This document shows, piece by piece, positions 26,724-37,254 of a stretch of 46,722 nt of DNA. The DNA is from an uncultured Bryobacterales bacterium. GTDB lineage: Bacteria > Acidobacteriota > Terriglobia > Bryobacterales > UBA6623. A program made the translations under genes and the position numbers. The notes below the pieces were generated by a model that worked only from the letters and a program-made list of their open reading frames with translations, did not search any database and was not told the origin of the DNA. The DNA lies in the NCBI GenBank assembly GCA_964405625.1, contig CAYOPA010000002.1, positions 1 through 46,722 of the forward strand. The letters are read 5' to 3'. Position 1 is the stretch's first letter. Each line of letters opens with the position of its first letter.

Positions 26724-27962
26724 GTGCTGAGAGCGATGCAGCTCGGACGCCGACATTTTTTCCAAACCGCCGCCACCGCGCTGGCCGGCCCCACGGCGCT
26801 GGCTCAAGGCTCCGGTTCGTGCGCGGTGGTCGGGGCTGGGGCGTTTGGGGGCTGGACGGCCTTGTCGCTGCAACAGCAGGGCGTCCGGACGACCTTGATT
26901 GACGGCTACGGCCCCGGCAACGCACGCGCGGCCTCGGGGGGCGAATCCCGTCTGGTGCGGGCGCGCCACACCGACGAGATCTACCTGGAGATGGCGCTGC
27001 GGGCGTTCGAGCTTTGGCGGCATTGGGAAGTGCGCTGGCAGGAGCAGTTCCTGGTCCCGTCGGGCTATCTGAATTTGCTGGCCCCCGGCCCGCTGCCGCC
27101 GCGCGTGACTGACGCCGTGAAACTGCTGGAGCCGCGCGGCGTTGTGACCGAGGTGCTCACGCAGCGCGAGGTCTCGCGGCGTTACCCGCAATTCGAGACG
27201 GCCGACGTGGGACAGGCCTACTGGGAGCCCGGCGGGGCCACGGCTCGTCCGCGGGATTCCTGCCTCCGCTTGGCGCGGGCGGTGGCGGAAGGCGGCGGCG
27301 AGGCGCTGCAGGCTTGGGCCGAGCCGGGGCGTCGCGAGGGCGGGCGGCTGGTTGAGCTGCAACTCTCCAACGGAAACAGCGTGCGGGCCGACACGTTCGT
27401 CTTCGCAACGGGACCGTGGCTGGGACGTACGTTTCCGGATCTGCTGGGCAAAAAGATCCGTACGCCGCGCCGCGAGGTCTTTTTTCTGGGTCCCCCGGCT
27501 CGCGATCAGCGCTTCGCGCATCCGGCCTGCCCGGCCTGGGCCGATTCCACGGCGCTGGGCGCGGAGAACAGCTACTACGGCTTCGCGGACTTCGACGGCC
27601 GCGGATTTCGCGTGATTCCGGCCAACGACGGCAACGAGCTCAATCCGGATTCCGACGAGCGGGTCGCGTCGGCATGGCAGCTCCAGCGGTTGCACAAGTA
27701 TGTGGGGCGCCGCTTCCCCGCCCTGGCCGGACAGCCGGTGGTGGGCAGCCGAGTCTGCCAGGTGGAATACACGCCCGACATGGGCTTTCTGATCGACCGC
27801 CACCCGGAGCTGGAAAACGTCTGGATTGTGGGCGGCGGCTCGGGACAGGGCTTCAAGCACGGGCCGTCAGTGGGCGAGCTCGCCGCCAAGCTGGTTTTGG
27901 GGCAACCTGCGGATGAGCGACTGACCCAAGCTTTCGGCTGGCGACCAGCCTTGCAGTCCTAA
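26724..27962 (+). CDS. Tat-exported FAD-dependent oxidoreductase (DAO/sarcosine-oxidase-like family)
   Basis: Tat motif GRRHFFQ. Dinucleotide-binding VVGAGAFGGWTALSL. C-terminal GGGSGQGFKHGP. GTG 26724 or ATG 26736 start. Confidence 0.8.
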   Translation: MLRAMQLGRRHFFQTAATALAGPTALAQGSGSCAVVGAGAFGGWTALSLQQQGVRTTLIDGYGPGNARAASGGESRLVRARHTDEIYLEMALRAFELWRHWEVRWQEQFLVPSGYLNLLAPGPLPPRVTDAVKLLEPRGVVTEVLTQREVSRRYPQFETADVGQAYWEPGGATARPRDSCLRLARAVAEGGGEALQAWAEPGRREGGRLVELQLSNGNSVRADTFVFATGPWLGRTFPDLLGKKIRTPRREVFFLGPPARDQRFAHPACPAWADSTALGAENSYYGFADFDGRGFRVIPANDGNELNPDSDERVASAWQLQRLHKYVGRRFPALAGQPVVGSRVCQVEYTPDMGFLIDRHPELENVWIVGGGSGQGFKHGPSVGELAAKLVLGQPADERLTQAFGWRPALQS

Positions 27963-27973
27963 TAGACCGGGGC

Positions 27974-29131
27974 TTACAGGTAGCGCAGCCAGGGAAACCG
28001 GGGGTCTCGTCGCCATGCCAAGTAGCGCCGACACAACGGCAGCAACAGGACAACAGCAGAGCCGGCGAACGGCAGCGTCGCCCAGAGTGGGAACCCAAAA
28101 GTCTCTGGAATCCCACCGAAGCGCACCGTCACATTCAGCGTCGAGAACGGATGGCCCGTCGCCAGGGCCCAGGCCCAGGCCATCAAGTGCAACAGATAAA
28201 GGTGGGCCACATAGTAGAAGAAAGGGGTGCGGCCCAGGACCTCCAGCCATCCGACGCCGGCGAGAGTACGGCCGTGCATCCAACCCAACAGCAACAGCGA
28301 GGGACCAATCGTCATCAGAATGAATTGCAGCGAAAGCGGATACTTGGTCGTGTTCCCCAGTGAAAAGAGGGTATGGAGGAGGTCGTCCTGCACTGTAAAC
28401 TGTCCAGGGTCCCCATAGACGTTCGTGACGCGAAGCAGCACGAATGAAGCGCACAGCGCCGCCCCGGCGCCGATCATACGCCGCCGCGCGGTTGCAACCG
28501 CGGGATTCAGCCACCAACCCCCGATCGCGTAGCCGCACAGCGCCAATCCGACAACCGGTAGCACCGGATAGGTCGTGCGCACCTCATAGCCCCACGCCAA
28601 TGGCAGCAAGTTTTTCTGGTGGAGCAACGACCACGCATAGTGCATCGCTCCGCCCGGCGCAAATCCAACGCCGTCCAAAAGATTGTGTCCGGCCACGATC
28701 AGCAAGCCGGCAACCGCAACCAAGGACATGGGCAGACGCACCGCCACAGCCAAGGCCAGCATGGCCACGCCCAACGCGCCAATCACCTGAAAGAACAGCC
28801 TGGGCCACACCGGATTGAACGTCCAGGCCCAGCCGACAACGGTGAATTCCATCAGCAACAGCAGCAGCCCACGCCGCCACAAAGCTTGCTGACCGGCTCC
28901 GCTGATCGCAGCCGAAACGCCCATCAACAAGGTGAACGCAGGGGCGCAAAAATGGCTGATCCAGCGCATCGCGTACAGCAACGGCGTGACTTGTTCCAAA
29001 TCCATCGGATCGGTCAGCCCTCCCGGCCCGGAGCTGTACTCGCGAGCGTGATCGACGGTCATCAAGACCATCACCAAGCCCCGCAGAACGTCCAGCGATT
29101 GGATGCGTCGCTTCTGCCACGCGGAGCTCAT
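27974..29131 (-). CDS. DUF1624 / heparan-alpha-glucosaminide N-acetyltransferase-like polytopic membrane protein
   Basis: N-terminal RIQSLDVLRGLVMVLMTVDHAREY motif and multiple hydrophobic segments. Overlaps the upstream TBDR gene stop by 4 nt. Confidence 0.75.
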   Translation of the reverse strand: MSSAWQKRRIQSLDVLRGLVMVLMTVDHAREYSSGPGGLTDPMDLEQVTPLLYAMRWISHFCAPAFTLLMGVSAAISGAGQQALWRRGLLLLLMEFTVVGWAWTFNPVWPRLFFQVIGALGVAMLALAVAVRLPMSLVAVAGLLIVAGHNLLDGVGFAPGGAMHYAWSLLHQKNLLPLAWGYEVRTTYPVLPVVGLALCGYAIGGWWLNPAVATARRRMIGAGAALCASFVLLRVTNVYGDPGQFTVQDDLLHTLFSLGNTTKYPLSLQFILMTIGPSLLLLGWMHGRTLAGVGWLEVLGRTPFFYYVAHLYLLHLMAWAWALATGHPFSTLNVTVRFGGIPETFGFPLWATLPFAGSAVVLLLPLCRRYLAWRRDPRFPWLRYL

Positions 29132-31548
29132 CTCACTCCCAACGTGCGGAAGTGAAGGCTGGCGGTAAACGTCCTCGGCGAGCCGGGGAATACGCCGGCG
29201 CGGGCCGCGAACAGAGCGGTCGTCGGATAGTGACGATCTAACATGTTGTCTAGTTGGGCCCTGATCTCCAGCCTGTTGGTGAGCTTCTGGAACAAGCCAA
29301 CGTCCCAGATGGCGTATCCCGCCACGGGGATGTCGGCATAGACTTCTTCACGGCGGCCCAGAGCTTCGGCGCCGAGCGAGACTGCCGTGCCGGTTCTCCG
29401 CACGTCGTACCGCGCGAACAGGCCGGCCGAGTGACGCGCCGCGTTCGGCAGAGGCCGTCCGAGAGCGGCGGCGACAAACGAGTCGGCGAGAATCTCAGAG
29501 TCCAGGAACGAATACGTCAAAATGATGCTGAGGTCGTCGTTCAACCGACCGGTCAGATCGAAGTCCGCGCCCTGGTTGCGGACTCGTCCGACAGGCAGCA
29601 CGGCGGAAAAATTGTCGCCGGCGGGTCCGAAGTTGGGGTCGGGACGCAGGACATTGTCCTTGACGATGCGATAGAACGCCAGCGTCGCCAACACCCGGCC
29701 GCCAACCAACTCGGCCTTGGCGCCGCCCTCGGCCTGCCAAGCGGTCTCCGGCTCGTGAGGGCCGTTGGCGGCGGGGGTCTGCGCCAGCGCCGGCGGGCGA
29801 GCATAGCTATTGGCGGCGCTGCCAAACAGCGAAGCATTGCGCAGAAACCGGAAGACTACCCCGGCTCGTCCGGTCCAGGCGTCATTTGTAAATTCCAAGG
29901 GCGTGTCGGCCTGTCCTCGATCCTCCATGCGTTCATAACGGCCACCCAAAACGGCTTGCAGCCGGGGCGTAATCTCGATGCGGTCCTGCACGAAAGTCCC
30001 CAACCGGGTGGAGAGGATCTCCTGAGTAGTCAAGGCCGGCGCCGGATACAGTCCCTGAAACGACAGTCCGTACACCGGCTGAAACAGATCGATGCCGCGA
30101 ACCGGACCACGCGGGCCTTCGCGAATGACGCCGAAGCGGCCCGTCCAGTCTTGCACGACGCGTTCGACGCCGAAGACTAGATTGTGAACGCCCAATCCGC
30201 CGACGGTAAGGCGCTCATAGCCGTTGACGGTGAGCGACCAATCGTCGTTGGCGCGGTATTGATCGCGAAACTGACGGCGCATCGTACGTCCGTCGGGTTC
30301 CAACCCGCGCGGCTCGTGATAGCGCTCCGGACGGTCGAAATTCAAGAAGCGGAACGTGGCGTCGAGGCGCAGCGTTGGCGAGAAGGCGTGGTCGACTCTC
30401 GCTTGAGCAACGCGCGAACGTAGCTCCGAGAAGTCGGTCGGCTCGGTGGCGGTCCACTCGCGGTTCGTCAGCCAGCCCCCGCCGGGCGCGACCGGTACGC
30501 CGCGCAAGCGATAACCGGGCAGTTCCTGATCCGCGTATTCGTACTCCAATCCGACGGAGGTGGTCTCGCTCTTTTTCCACGACAAGGCGCCCGCTACGTG
30601 GATGTTCTCGTTTCGGGTGTTGTATCGGAAGGTGCGGCGGCTCTCCTGATAGTAAGCGGCGCGATAGAACACCCCCTGGGACTTCCATAGGGGTCCGGTC
30701 GTTTCGCCGTGCCCCCCCAGTTGGCCGAATGAGCCGGTGCGGAAAGAGAGCTCGGCGGCAGGGGTGTCGCGCGGTTTCTTGGTAACGTAATTGACAACGC
30801 CGCCGGGCTCGCCGGCGCCGTAGAGCAGCGCGGCCGGCCCCTTGAGTATCTCCACGTTTTCGATGTTGGTCAGGCGACCTTGACTGGTAGAGAAGCCGGT
30901 GTCGATGAGATCATTCTCCAGGCTGCCGTAAGGGTTGCCTCGCACCCCGTTGAAGAGCACCTCTCGCTGTGTGAAACCGCGCAGCGTCATCGAGGTATAT
31001 GGGGAATCGGTCAGGCCGCTGATGTTTCGGTAGAGGTCGCGGATCTCCTGGATCTGCCGGTTGTCCAGCAGCGCCGCCGGCACGACTTGGATCGAATACG
31101 ACGAGTCCAGCAGCCGTTCTGGGGATTTCGTCACGCTTACAGCGCCGGAGGCCAGAAAGTCATCCAATGGGGCTCGAACTTCGATCGAGCTCTGCACGGA
31201 GCCCATCTCTAGGTTCACTGTTATTCGAGCAGCACCCACCGTGACGGTCCGTTGCGCTGGGACGTATCCCAACCCTAGCGCGGTGATGCGGTAAACGCCC
31301 GGCGTCGGCGCATCCAGGCCGAAGCGGCCTTCGGCGTCGGCCTGCGTGCGAAGCCCGCCGGGCTCCATCAAGACGTCCACCGCCGGGGCGGGTAGGCCGT
31401 CCGGGCCGAAGACCACTCCGGCGATGCTGCCTTGGGCCCAGATCAGAGATGGAACAAGGACCAGTGCCGCTAATCCGGCCCAGCGAGGAATGATCACGAA
31501 GCGTATGCTATCGGCGCGTGGCCCAGGCGAAGCATACAAAACCCACAA
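29128..31548 (-). CDS. TonB-dependent receptor with N-terminal carboxypeptidase-regulatory-like domain
   Basis: GSIAGVVFGPDGLPAPAVDV (CarbopepD_reg-like). Plug motifs (NVEILKGPAALLYGAGEPGGVVNYVTKKP). C-terminal barrel ending in an aromatic-rich TFTASLHFR-type strand. Confidence 0.88.
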   Translation of the reverse strand: MWVLYASPGPRADSIRFVIIPRWAGLAALVLVPSLIWAQGSIAGVVFGPDGLPAPAVDVLMEPGGLRTQADAEGRFGLDAPTPGVYRITALGLGYVPAQRTVTVGAARITVNLEMGSVQSSIEVRAPLDDFLASGAVSVTKSPERLLDSSYSIQVVPAALLDNRQIQEIRDLYRNISGLTDSPYTSMTLRGFTQREVLFNGVRGNPYGSLENDLIDTGFSTSQGRLTNIENVEILKGPAALLYGAGEPGGVVNYVTKKPRDTPAAELSFRTGSFGQLGGHGETTGPLWKSQGVFYRAAYYQESRRTFRYNTRNENIHVAGALSWKKSETTSVGLEYEYADQELPGYRLRGVPVAPGGGWLTNREWTATEPTDFSELRSRVAQARVDHAFSPTLRLDATFRFLNFDRPERYHEPRGLEPDGRTMRRQFRDQYRANDDWSLTVNGYERLTVGGLGVHNLVFGVERVVQDWTGRFGVIREGPRGPVRGIDLFQPVYGLSFQGLYPAPALTTQEILSTRLGTFVQDRIEITPRLQAVLGGRYERMEDRGQADTPLEFTNDAWTGRAGVVFRFLRNASLFGSAANSYARPPALAQTPAANGPHEPETAWQAEGGAKAELVGGRVLATLAFYRIVKDNVLRPDPNFGPAGDNFSAVLPVGRVRNQGADFDLTGRLNDDLSIILTYSFLDSEILADSFVAAALGRPLPNAARHSAGLFARYDVRRTGTAVSLGAEALGRREEVYADIPVAGYAIWDVGLFQKLTNRLEIRAQLDNMLDRHYPTTALFAARAGVFPGSPRTFTASLHFRTLGVR

Positions 31549-31600
31549 GCGGGCGCTTTTTGATAATCAAAGGACTGAGCTGCCGCGTGAGCGGTTCAGC

Positions 31601-32647
31601 TCAGTCCGGTTCCAAACCAAGGAGCCGGTCGAAGGCCGGCGTCGTCTTCTCGACGAACCCGTCGCCCTCGCGCACCAGGAAGGCCGCGGCCAAGTCCTGC
31701 TCCACCGCTTTCGCATAGCCGTCGACTTCGCCCAAGACAATCAGCGCGGTGGCCCAGGCGTCAGCGGTGGCGCAGCTTGGGTGGAAAACGCTGACCGAAG
31801 CGGTGCGGTTGTCGATCGGGCGGCCGGTGCGCGGGTCGATCTCGTGCGAATAACGGCGGCCGTCTTTTTCGAAGTAGTTGCGGTAGTCGCCGGAGGTGGC
31901 CAGCGCCATGTCGGTAACCGGGAGCACGCGCTGCAACCCGCGCCCGCCGTCGGGCGAAGGTTTTTCGATGGCCAGCCGCCACGGATCGCCGGAGACATTC
32001 ACGCCCCGCACCCGAATCTCTCCGCCGAGCTCGACCATGTGGTCACCGTGGCCGAGACCTGCGAGGGCGTCGGAGACCCGGTCCACGGCGTAACCCTTGG
32101 CGATCGCCGAGAGGTCGGCGTAGACCCCGGCGCGGTCCTTTCGGATGGTTGAGGCTGCCTCGTTGATTTCGATTCGGTCCCAGCCGATGAGCGTTTTCAG
32201 CTCCGCGATGTCGGCGTCGCTGAGCTCCTCGCGGCGGTCGGCCGGACCGAAGCCCCAGGCATTGACCAACGGCCCGACGGTGACGTCAAAAACGCCGTCG
32301 GTGAGCTCGCCGATCCGCCGTGCTTCGAGAAAGACCTCCATGGTTTCGGGCGAGATCGCAACGCCGCCTGGGCCGTCCATCTGGTTGAAGCGGGAGAGCT
32401 CGGAGTCGGGCTTATAGGTGGACATGCGGTCGTTGACCAGCTCAATTTGCGCCGTAATCGCCGACTCAACGGCCTGGGCGGCCGTCTCATCCAGCGCTTG
32501 GGGCGCCCGCACCTTGACGGACCAAGTCGTGCCCATGGCCTCGCCGTTAACGATGTGCTCAACCGGTCCGGACGGCGTGCAGCCTACCATCGCTAGCAGG
32601 ACGGCGGTCAGGGCGAACATGAAGCGGGCTGGGCTGTGTCGGGGCAT
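31601..32647 (-). CDS. apbE: FAD:protein FMN transferase ApbE, lipoprotein
   Basis: Lipobox LAMVGC. MGTTWSV, ADLSAIAKGYAVD, LATSGDY and SVSV motifs of ApbE. Directly downstream of nqrF. Confidence 0.92.
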   Translation of the reverse strand: MPRHSPARFMFALTAVLLAMVGCTPSGPVEHIVNGEAMGTTWSVKVRAPQALDETAAQAVESAITAQIELVNDRMSTYKPDSELSRFNQMDGPGGVAISPETMEVFLEARRIGELTDGVFDVTVGPLVNAWGFGPADRREELSDADIAELKTLIGWDRIEINEAASTIRKDRAGVYADLSAIAKGYAVDRVSDALAGLGHGDHMVELGGEIRVRGVNVSGDPWRLAIEKPSPDGGRGLQRVLPVTDMALATSGDYRNYFEKDGRRYSHEIDPRTGRPIDNRTASVSVFHPSCATADAWATALIVLGEVDGYAKAVEQDLAAAFLVREGDGFVEKTTPAFDRLLGLEPD

Positions 32648-32719
32648 GGGATGTAAACGGGCGGAGACCGCGCCGGCCAGAGCGGACGGCGCGGTCTCTT
32701 GTTGTCCGAACGATTCTGG

Positions 32720-33943
32720 CTAGCTGCCGAAGTCGTCGTAGGCGATGTTTTCAGGCTCGACGCCGAGGCTGTCGAGCATCTTGAAGCAGGCCTGCAGCAT
32801 CATCGGCGGTCCGCAGAGGTAGTACTCCATGTCTTCCGGGTTGGGATGCTTGGAGAGGTACTCGTCAAGCAGCACCTGGTGGATGAAGCCCTTCGATCCG
32901 GTCCAGTTGTCCTCGGGTTGCGGATCCGACATGGCCATGTGCCATTCGAAATTCGAAAATTCGTCCGCGATTGAGTCAAAGTCCTCGATGTAGAAGGCCT
33001 CCCGCAGCGAGCGGGCGCCGTACCAGAACGTCACCTTGCGGTCGGTCCGCAGACGCTTGAACTGGTCGAAGATGTGCGAGCGCATGGGCGCCATGCCGGC
33101 GCCGCCGCCGATAAAGCACATCTCGTTCTTGGTTTCCTTTGCGAAGAACTCGCCGAAGGGACCGGCGATCTCCACCTTGTCGCCCGGCTTGAGGTTGAAG
33201 ATATAGGACGACATCAGTCCCGGCGGAATTCCCTCGGTCCGCGGCGGAGGGGTCGCGATGCGGACGTTCAGCATGATGATGTCGTCCTCATCGGGATAGT
33301 TCGCCATCGAGTAGGCGCGCTCGATGTCCTCGTCGCAGTGCGACTCCAGATCCCAAAGCTTGAAGTGGTCCCAATCGCCGCGGTACTCTTTTGCGACATC
33401 GAAGTCCTTGAACTTGATGTGGGTCCCGCCAGGCCGCTTGATCTGGATGTAGCCGCCGGCGCGGAACGGAACCGTCTCGCCTTTCGGGAGCTCCAGGATG
33501 AGCTCCTTGATGAAGGTGGCGACGTTGTCGTTGGAGCGCGCGGTGCAGGTCCAGCGGCGGACGTCGAAGACCTCGGGCGGAACCTCGATCTTCATGTCCT
33601 GTTTGATCTTGACCTGGCAGGAGAGGCGGCAGCCCTCGCGGGCCTCGCCACGCGTCACGAAGGTCTCTTCGGTCGGCAGCATGGCGCCGCCGCCTTCGAG
33701 CACATCCACCTTACAGACGCCGCAGCTACCCTTGCCGCCGCACGCCGAGGGGATGAAGATCTTGTTGTTCGCCAGAGTGCCGAGCAGGGTGCCGCCGGTC
33801 GGCACCTTAATGGTCTTTTCGTCGTTGATAACGAGGTTGACTTCGCCGCTCGCCACCAGCTTGTTTTTCGCCACCGTCAGCAAGGCGACAAGCGCCAAGA
33901 TGACGAAGGTGAACATGAATACGCCGAGTGCAACTGTTTCCAT
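32720..33943 (-). CDS. nqrF: Na+-translocating NADH:quinone oxidoreductase subunit F
   Basis: N-terminal TM helix, 2Fe-2S ferredoxin motif [12 protein letters not shown]...C, FAD/NADH-binding RAYSMANYP and [11 protein letters not shown]. Confidence 0.97.
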   Translation of the reverse strand: METVALGVFMFTFVILALVALLTVAKNKLVASGEVNLVINDEKTIKVPTGGTLLGTLANNKIFIPSACGGKGSCGVCKVDVLEGGGAMLPTEETFVTRGEAREGCRLSCQVKIKQDMKIEVPPEVFDVRRWTCTARSNDNVATFIKELILELPKGETVPFRAGGYIQIKRPGGTHIKFKDFDVAKEYRGDWDHFKLWDLESHCDEDIERAYSMANYPDEDDIIMLNVRIATPPPRTEGIPPGLMSSYIFNLKPGDKVEIAGPFGEFFAKETKNEMCFIGGGAGMAPMRSHIFDQFKRLRTDRKVTFWYGARSLREAFYIEDFDSIADEFSNFEWHMAMSDPQPEDNWTGSKGFIHQVLLDEYLSKHPNPEDMEYYLCGPPMMLQACFKMLDSLGVEPENIAYDDFGS

Positions 33944-33986
33944 GGTGGTTACCCAATCTTTATTATTGCGAGCGGTCCGACATTGG

Positions 33987-34601
33987 TCAGAGTTGGATGC
34001 CGCCGAAGGCCATGAAGCCGATGGCCATCAGGCCGGTCACGATGAAGGTGATGCCCAGGCCGCGCAGCGGGCCGGGGACGTTGGAGTAGCGCATGCGCTC
34101 GCGGATCGAAGCCAGCGCCACGATCGCGAGAGCCCAACCGATGCCAGCGCCCAGCCCGAACACGACGGACTCGCCGAAGTTGTAGTCGCGCTCCACCATG
34201 AACAACGAAGAGCCCAGGATGGCGCAATTGACGGCGATCAGCGGCAGGAAGACGCCCAACGCCGCGTACAGCGCCGGCACGTACTTGTCCAATGTCATCT
34301 CCACGATCTGCACCATGGCCGCGATTGTGCCGATATAGGCCAGGAAGCCCAAGAACGACAAATCCGTGTCCGCCAGACCGGGACTGACCCAGGCCAGGGC
34401 GCCGTCGCGCAGCACGTACTGATAGAGCAAGTTGTTCATCGGCGTGGTCACGACCAGCACGAAAATAACCGCGAATCCGAGTCCGATCGCCGTCTTGACT
34501 TTCTTCGAGACGGCCAGGAACGAGCACATGCCGAGAAAGAAGGCCAGCGCCATGTTCTCGACGAAGATCGCCTTGACGGCTAGATTGAGGTAGGCTTCCA
34601 T
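33987..34601 (-). CDS. nqrE: Na+-NQR subunit E
   Basis: [23 protein letters not shown] and NCAILG motifs. About 200 aa, polytopic. Confidence 0.95.
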   Translation of the reverse strand: MEAYLNLAVKAIFVENMALAFFLGMCSFLAVSKKVKTAIGLGFAVIFVLVVTTPMNNLLYQYVLRDGALAWVSPGLADTDLSFLGFLAYIGTIAAMVQIVEMTLDKYVPALYAALGVFLPLIAVNCAILGSSLFMVERDYNFGESVVFGLGAGIGWALAIVALASIRERMRYSNVPGPLRGLGITFIVTGLMAIGFMAFGGIQL

Positions 34602-34607
34602 GACGGT

Positions 34608-35237
34608 CTATGCTCCTTCCTCTTCGATCTGGTAGGGCTTCCAGGCTCGGATCATCCAGATGAAGATGCCGATGATGAAGAAAGCCGCGGCGGAGGTGAC
34701 CATCATGCCGTTGGGCTCATACCAGCCGCCTTCGGTGACCGTCGGCAGGATGGTGATGCCGAAAAGCTTGCCCGCTCCGAACAGCTCGCGGATGAAGGCC
34801 ACTCCGATCAGGATTATGCTGTAGCCCAGTCCGTTGCCGATGCCGTCCGCGATGCTGAGCATCGGCGGGTTCTGCATGGCGAAGGCCTCGGCGCGGCCCA
34901 TGATGATGCAGTTCGTGATGATCAGGCCAACAAAGACCGAGAGCTGCTTCGAGATGTCGTACAGGTAGGCTTTGAGAAACTGGTCGGCCACGATGACCAG
35001 CGAGGCGATGATCGTGAGCTGCACGATGATGCGGATCGAGCCGGGAATGTAGTTGCGGATCAAGCTGATGGACAGGTTCGAGAACATCAGCACGAAGATC
35101 ACCGCCAGGCACATCACGACCGAGGTTTCCATCTTCGTCGTCACGGCCAGCGCCGAACAGATGCCGAGCACCTGCAGGGCGATCGGGTTGTTCTCAAACA
35201 GCGGATCCATCAAGGTCGCTTTCATCGGTGTCGCCAT
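34608..35237 (-). CDS. nqrD: Na+-NQR subunit D
   Basis: [17 protein letters not shown] and [14 protein letters not shown] motifs. 209 aa, polytopic. Confidence 0.95.
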   Translation of the reverse strand: MATPMKATLMDPLFENNPIALQVLGICSALAVTTKMETSVVMCLAVIFVLMFSNLSISLIRNYIPGSIRIIVQLTIIASLVIVADQFLKAYLYDISKQLSVFVGLIITNCIIMGRAEAFAMQNPPMLSIADGIGNGLGYSIILIGVAFIRELFGAGKLFGITILPTVTEGGWYEPNGMMVTSAAAFFIIGIFIWMIRAWKPYQIEEEGA

Positions 35238-35263
35238 TGTGTTCAGTCTCCTTGTCAGCTCCG

Positions 35264-36040
35264 CTATCCGCGGAAGGTATCGAGAAAGGGCTTGAAGCCG
35301 TTCTCGCCCAGCCAGAAGTCGAGCATGTTGCTCACGCCGCGGCTGGTGATAGTGGCGCCGGAGAGCCCGTCGACCCTATATGGGTCGGAGGTGGCGGGCC
35401 CGGCTTGGCCTTTGATCACCTGCAGCGCCGGCTCACGGTTGTCGTCGTAAGCCTTGCGGCCGGGCCACAGGGCCTTCCAGGTCGGGTTGTCAACCTCGCC
35501 CCCGAGCCCGGGGGTCTCGCCGTGTTGATAGAAAGTGATGCCCCGCACGGTGGTGGCGTCGCGGCCCAGCGCCAGGAACCCGTAGAGCGTGGACCACAGG
35601 CCGTAGCCCTTAATCGGCAGCACCATCATCTCCGCTCCGCCGCCGGGGCTATTCACTTGGTAGACCACGGCGTGCTTGGGCAGCCGCTGCACGCTGGCCG
35701 TGTTCCGCGGCGCCGGCCGGCCGTCGGGGCCGTCGGCGGCCTTGTCCATGTCGTAATTGGCGGGATCGAAATCGGGATTCTCCACCACCTTGCCGGTCTC
35801 GAGCTCCACCACAATCGGCGTGATGCGCTCGTCGTAGATCGACTCCAATTGTTCGCGGCTTAAGCCTCCATCCGGCGAGGCCAGCCCGGCGGCGTAGAGC
35901 ACGTTGCGCTGCCTATCGAAAGCCGCGTTGGCGGTCTGCTGCTGTTTAAGCGAGACGGCCGCGGAGGAAACCATCAGGCCGCAAACCACGCAGACGACGG
36001 CCGCGAAGCCGCCCATATAGATTGCCGAATCACGCTGCAT
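35264..36040 (-). CDS. nqrC: Na+-NQR subunit C (FMN-binding)
   Basis: [14 protein letters not shown] flavinylation motif, N-terminal TM anchor, operon position. Confidence 0.93.
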   Translation of the reverse strand: MQRDSAIYMGGFAAVVCVVCGLMVSSAAVSLKQQQTANAAFDRQRNVLYAAGLASPDGGLSREQLESIYDERITPIVVELETGKVVENPDFDPANYDMDKAADGPDGRPAPRNTASVQRLPKHAVVYQVNSPGGGAEMMVLPIKGYGLWSTLYGFLALGRDATTVRGITFYQHGETPGLGGEVDNPTWKALWPGRKAYDDNREPALQVIKGQAGPATSDPYRVDGLSGATITSRGVSNMLDFWLGENGFKPFLDTFRG

Positions 36041-37241
36041 AACGCGCGGCCCTCCTCTTGATGTTCGCCTGCACCACCCAGTAGTCGATGAAGGCGGCGA
36101 ACAGATTCATAAACAGGATGGCCAGCATCATCCCTTCCGGGTAGGCCGGGTTGACCACGCGGATCAGGACCACCAGCAGGCCGATAAAGCATCCGTAGAT
36201 GTACTTGCCCGTGTTGGAGTGCGCCGCCGAAACCGGGTCGGTGGCCATGAAGACCATGCCGAACATCCAGCCGCCCAACACCATGTGCCACCAGAAGGGC
36301 ACGTCAAAGAACGGGTTGGTGGCGGAGCCGATCGCGTTGAGCAAAGAGGCCGTGAGAATCGTCCCGACAACCACGCCGCTCATGATGCGCCACGAGCCGA
36401 CGCCCGTGATCAGCAGCACCGCCGCGCCCAGCAGAGAAGCCAGCGCCGAAGTCTCGCCCATGGAGCCGGGCACGAAGCCCAGGAAGGCGTCCCACCAGGT
36501 CACGGCGCCAGACTGCAGGGCCGCCAGCCCGCCGGTGGCCGCTTCCGCGAGCCAGGTGGCGCCGCTGACGCCGTCCACGCGCGTGTCGGCCGCGATCCAG
36601 ACTTCGTCGCCGGAGATATCCGCCGGATACGCGAAGAACAAGAACGCCCGCGCCGTCAGGGCGACGTTCAGGATGTTCATGCCGGTGCCGCCGAATATTT
36701 CCTTGGCGATCACGACGGCAAAGGTGATGCCGATCGCCACCTGCCAAAGCGGGATGGTGGGCGGCAGAACCAGCGGAAAGAGCATCCAGGTGACCAGGAA
36801 GCCTTCATTGATCTCGTGCTTGCGTAAAACCGCAAACAGCGCTTCCAAATGGCCGCCGATGAAGCCGGTCACAAACAGCACCGGCACGTAATACAACAGT
36901 CCATGCACCACGCAGGCCAGGATGCTGTCCGAGCGCAGTTGCAGCCCGATCATCTGGAACAGTTGGGTCTGCCAGCTATTGAGCGGCTCGGCGCCGGCTT
37001 CAATAGCCAGATGCGCTTGGTAGCCGATGTTGTAAACGCCGAACAGGATGGCCGGGATCAACGCGACGACGACCGTGATCATCATGCGCTTGAGATCCAG
37101 CGCGTCGCGGACGTGCGAGGCCGCGCGGGTCACCTTGCCGGGCGTGAGGACAAACGTTTCGGTCGCTTCGAACAAGGGGTACAGCCGCTCCAGCGGCGCC
37201 CCCTTGCCAAACAGCTTTTCAGGATCTAAAGCAGTGCTCAT
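36030..37241 (-). CDS. nqrB: Na+-NQR subunit B
   Basis: Polytopic; SGATWL flavinylation-type motif (VDGVSGATWLAEA). ATG 37241 (MSTALDPEKLFGKG...) is preferred over the TTG at 37271, which overlaps nqrA. Confidence 0.93.
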   Translation of the reverse strand: MSTALDPEKLFGKGAPLERLYPLFEATETFVLTPGKVTRAASHVRDALDLKRMMITVVVALIPAILFGVYNIGYQAHLAIEAGAEPLNSWQTQLFQMIGLQLRSDSILACVVHGLLYYVPVLFVTGFIGGHLEALFAVLRKHEINEGFLVTWMLFPLVLPPTIPLWQVAIGITFAVVIAKEIFGGTGMNILNVALTARAFLFFAYPADISGDEVWIAADTRVDGVSGATWLAEAATGGLAALQSGAVTWWDAFLGFVPGSMGETSALASLLGAAVLLITGVGSWRIMSGVVVGTILTASLLNAIGSATNPFFDVPFWWHMVLGGWMFGMVFMATDPVSAAHSNTGKYIYGCFIGLLVVLIRVVNPAYPEGMMLAILFMNLFAAFIDYWVVQANIKRRAARYAA

Positions 37242-37254
37242 GACGCGTGCTTGT

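Noticed and set aside
26685-27860. 391-aa minus-strand ORF
   Set aside because: It is fully antisense to the FAD oxidoreductase, which has a clear Tat signal and GxGxxG motif. Its composition is Arg/Ala/Pro/Gly-rich with no motif, a typical high-GC shadow ORF.
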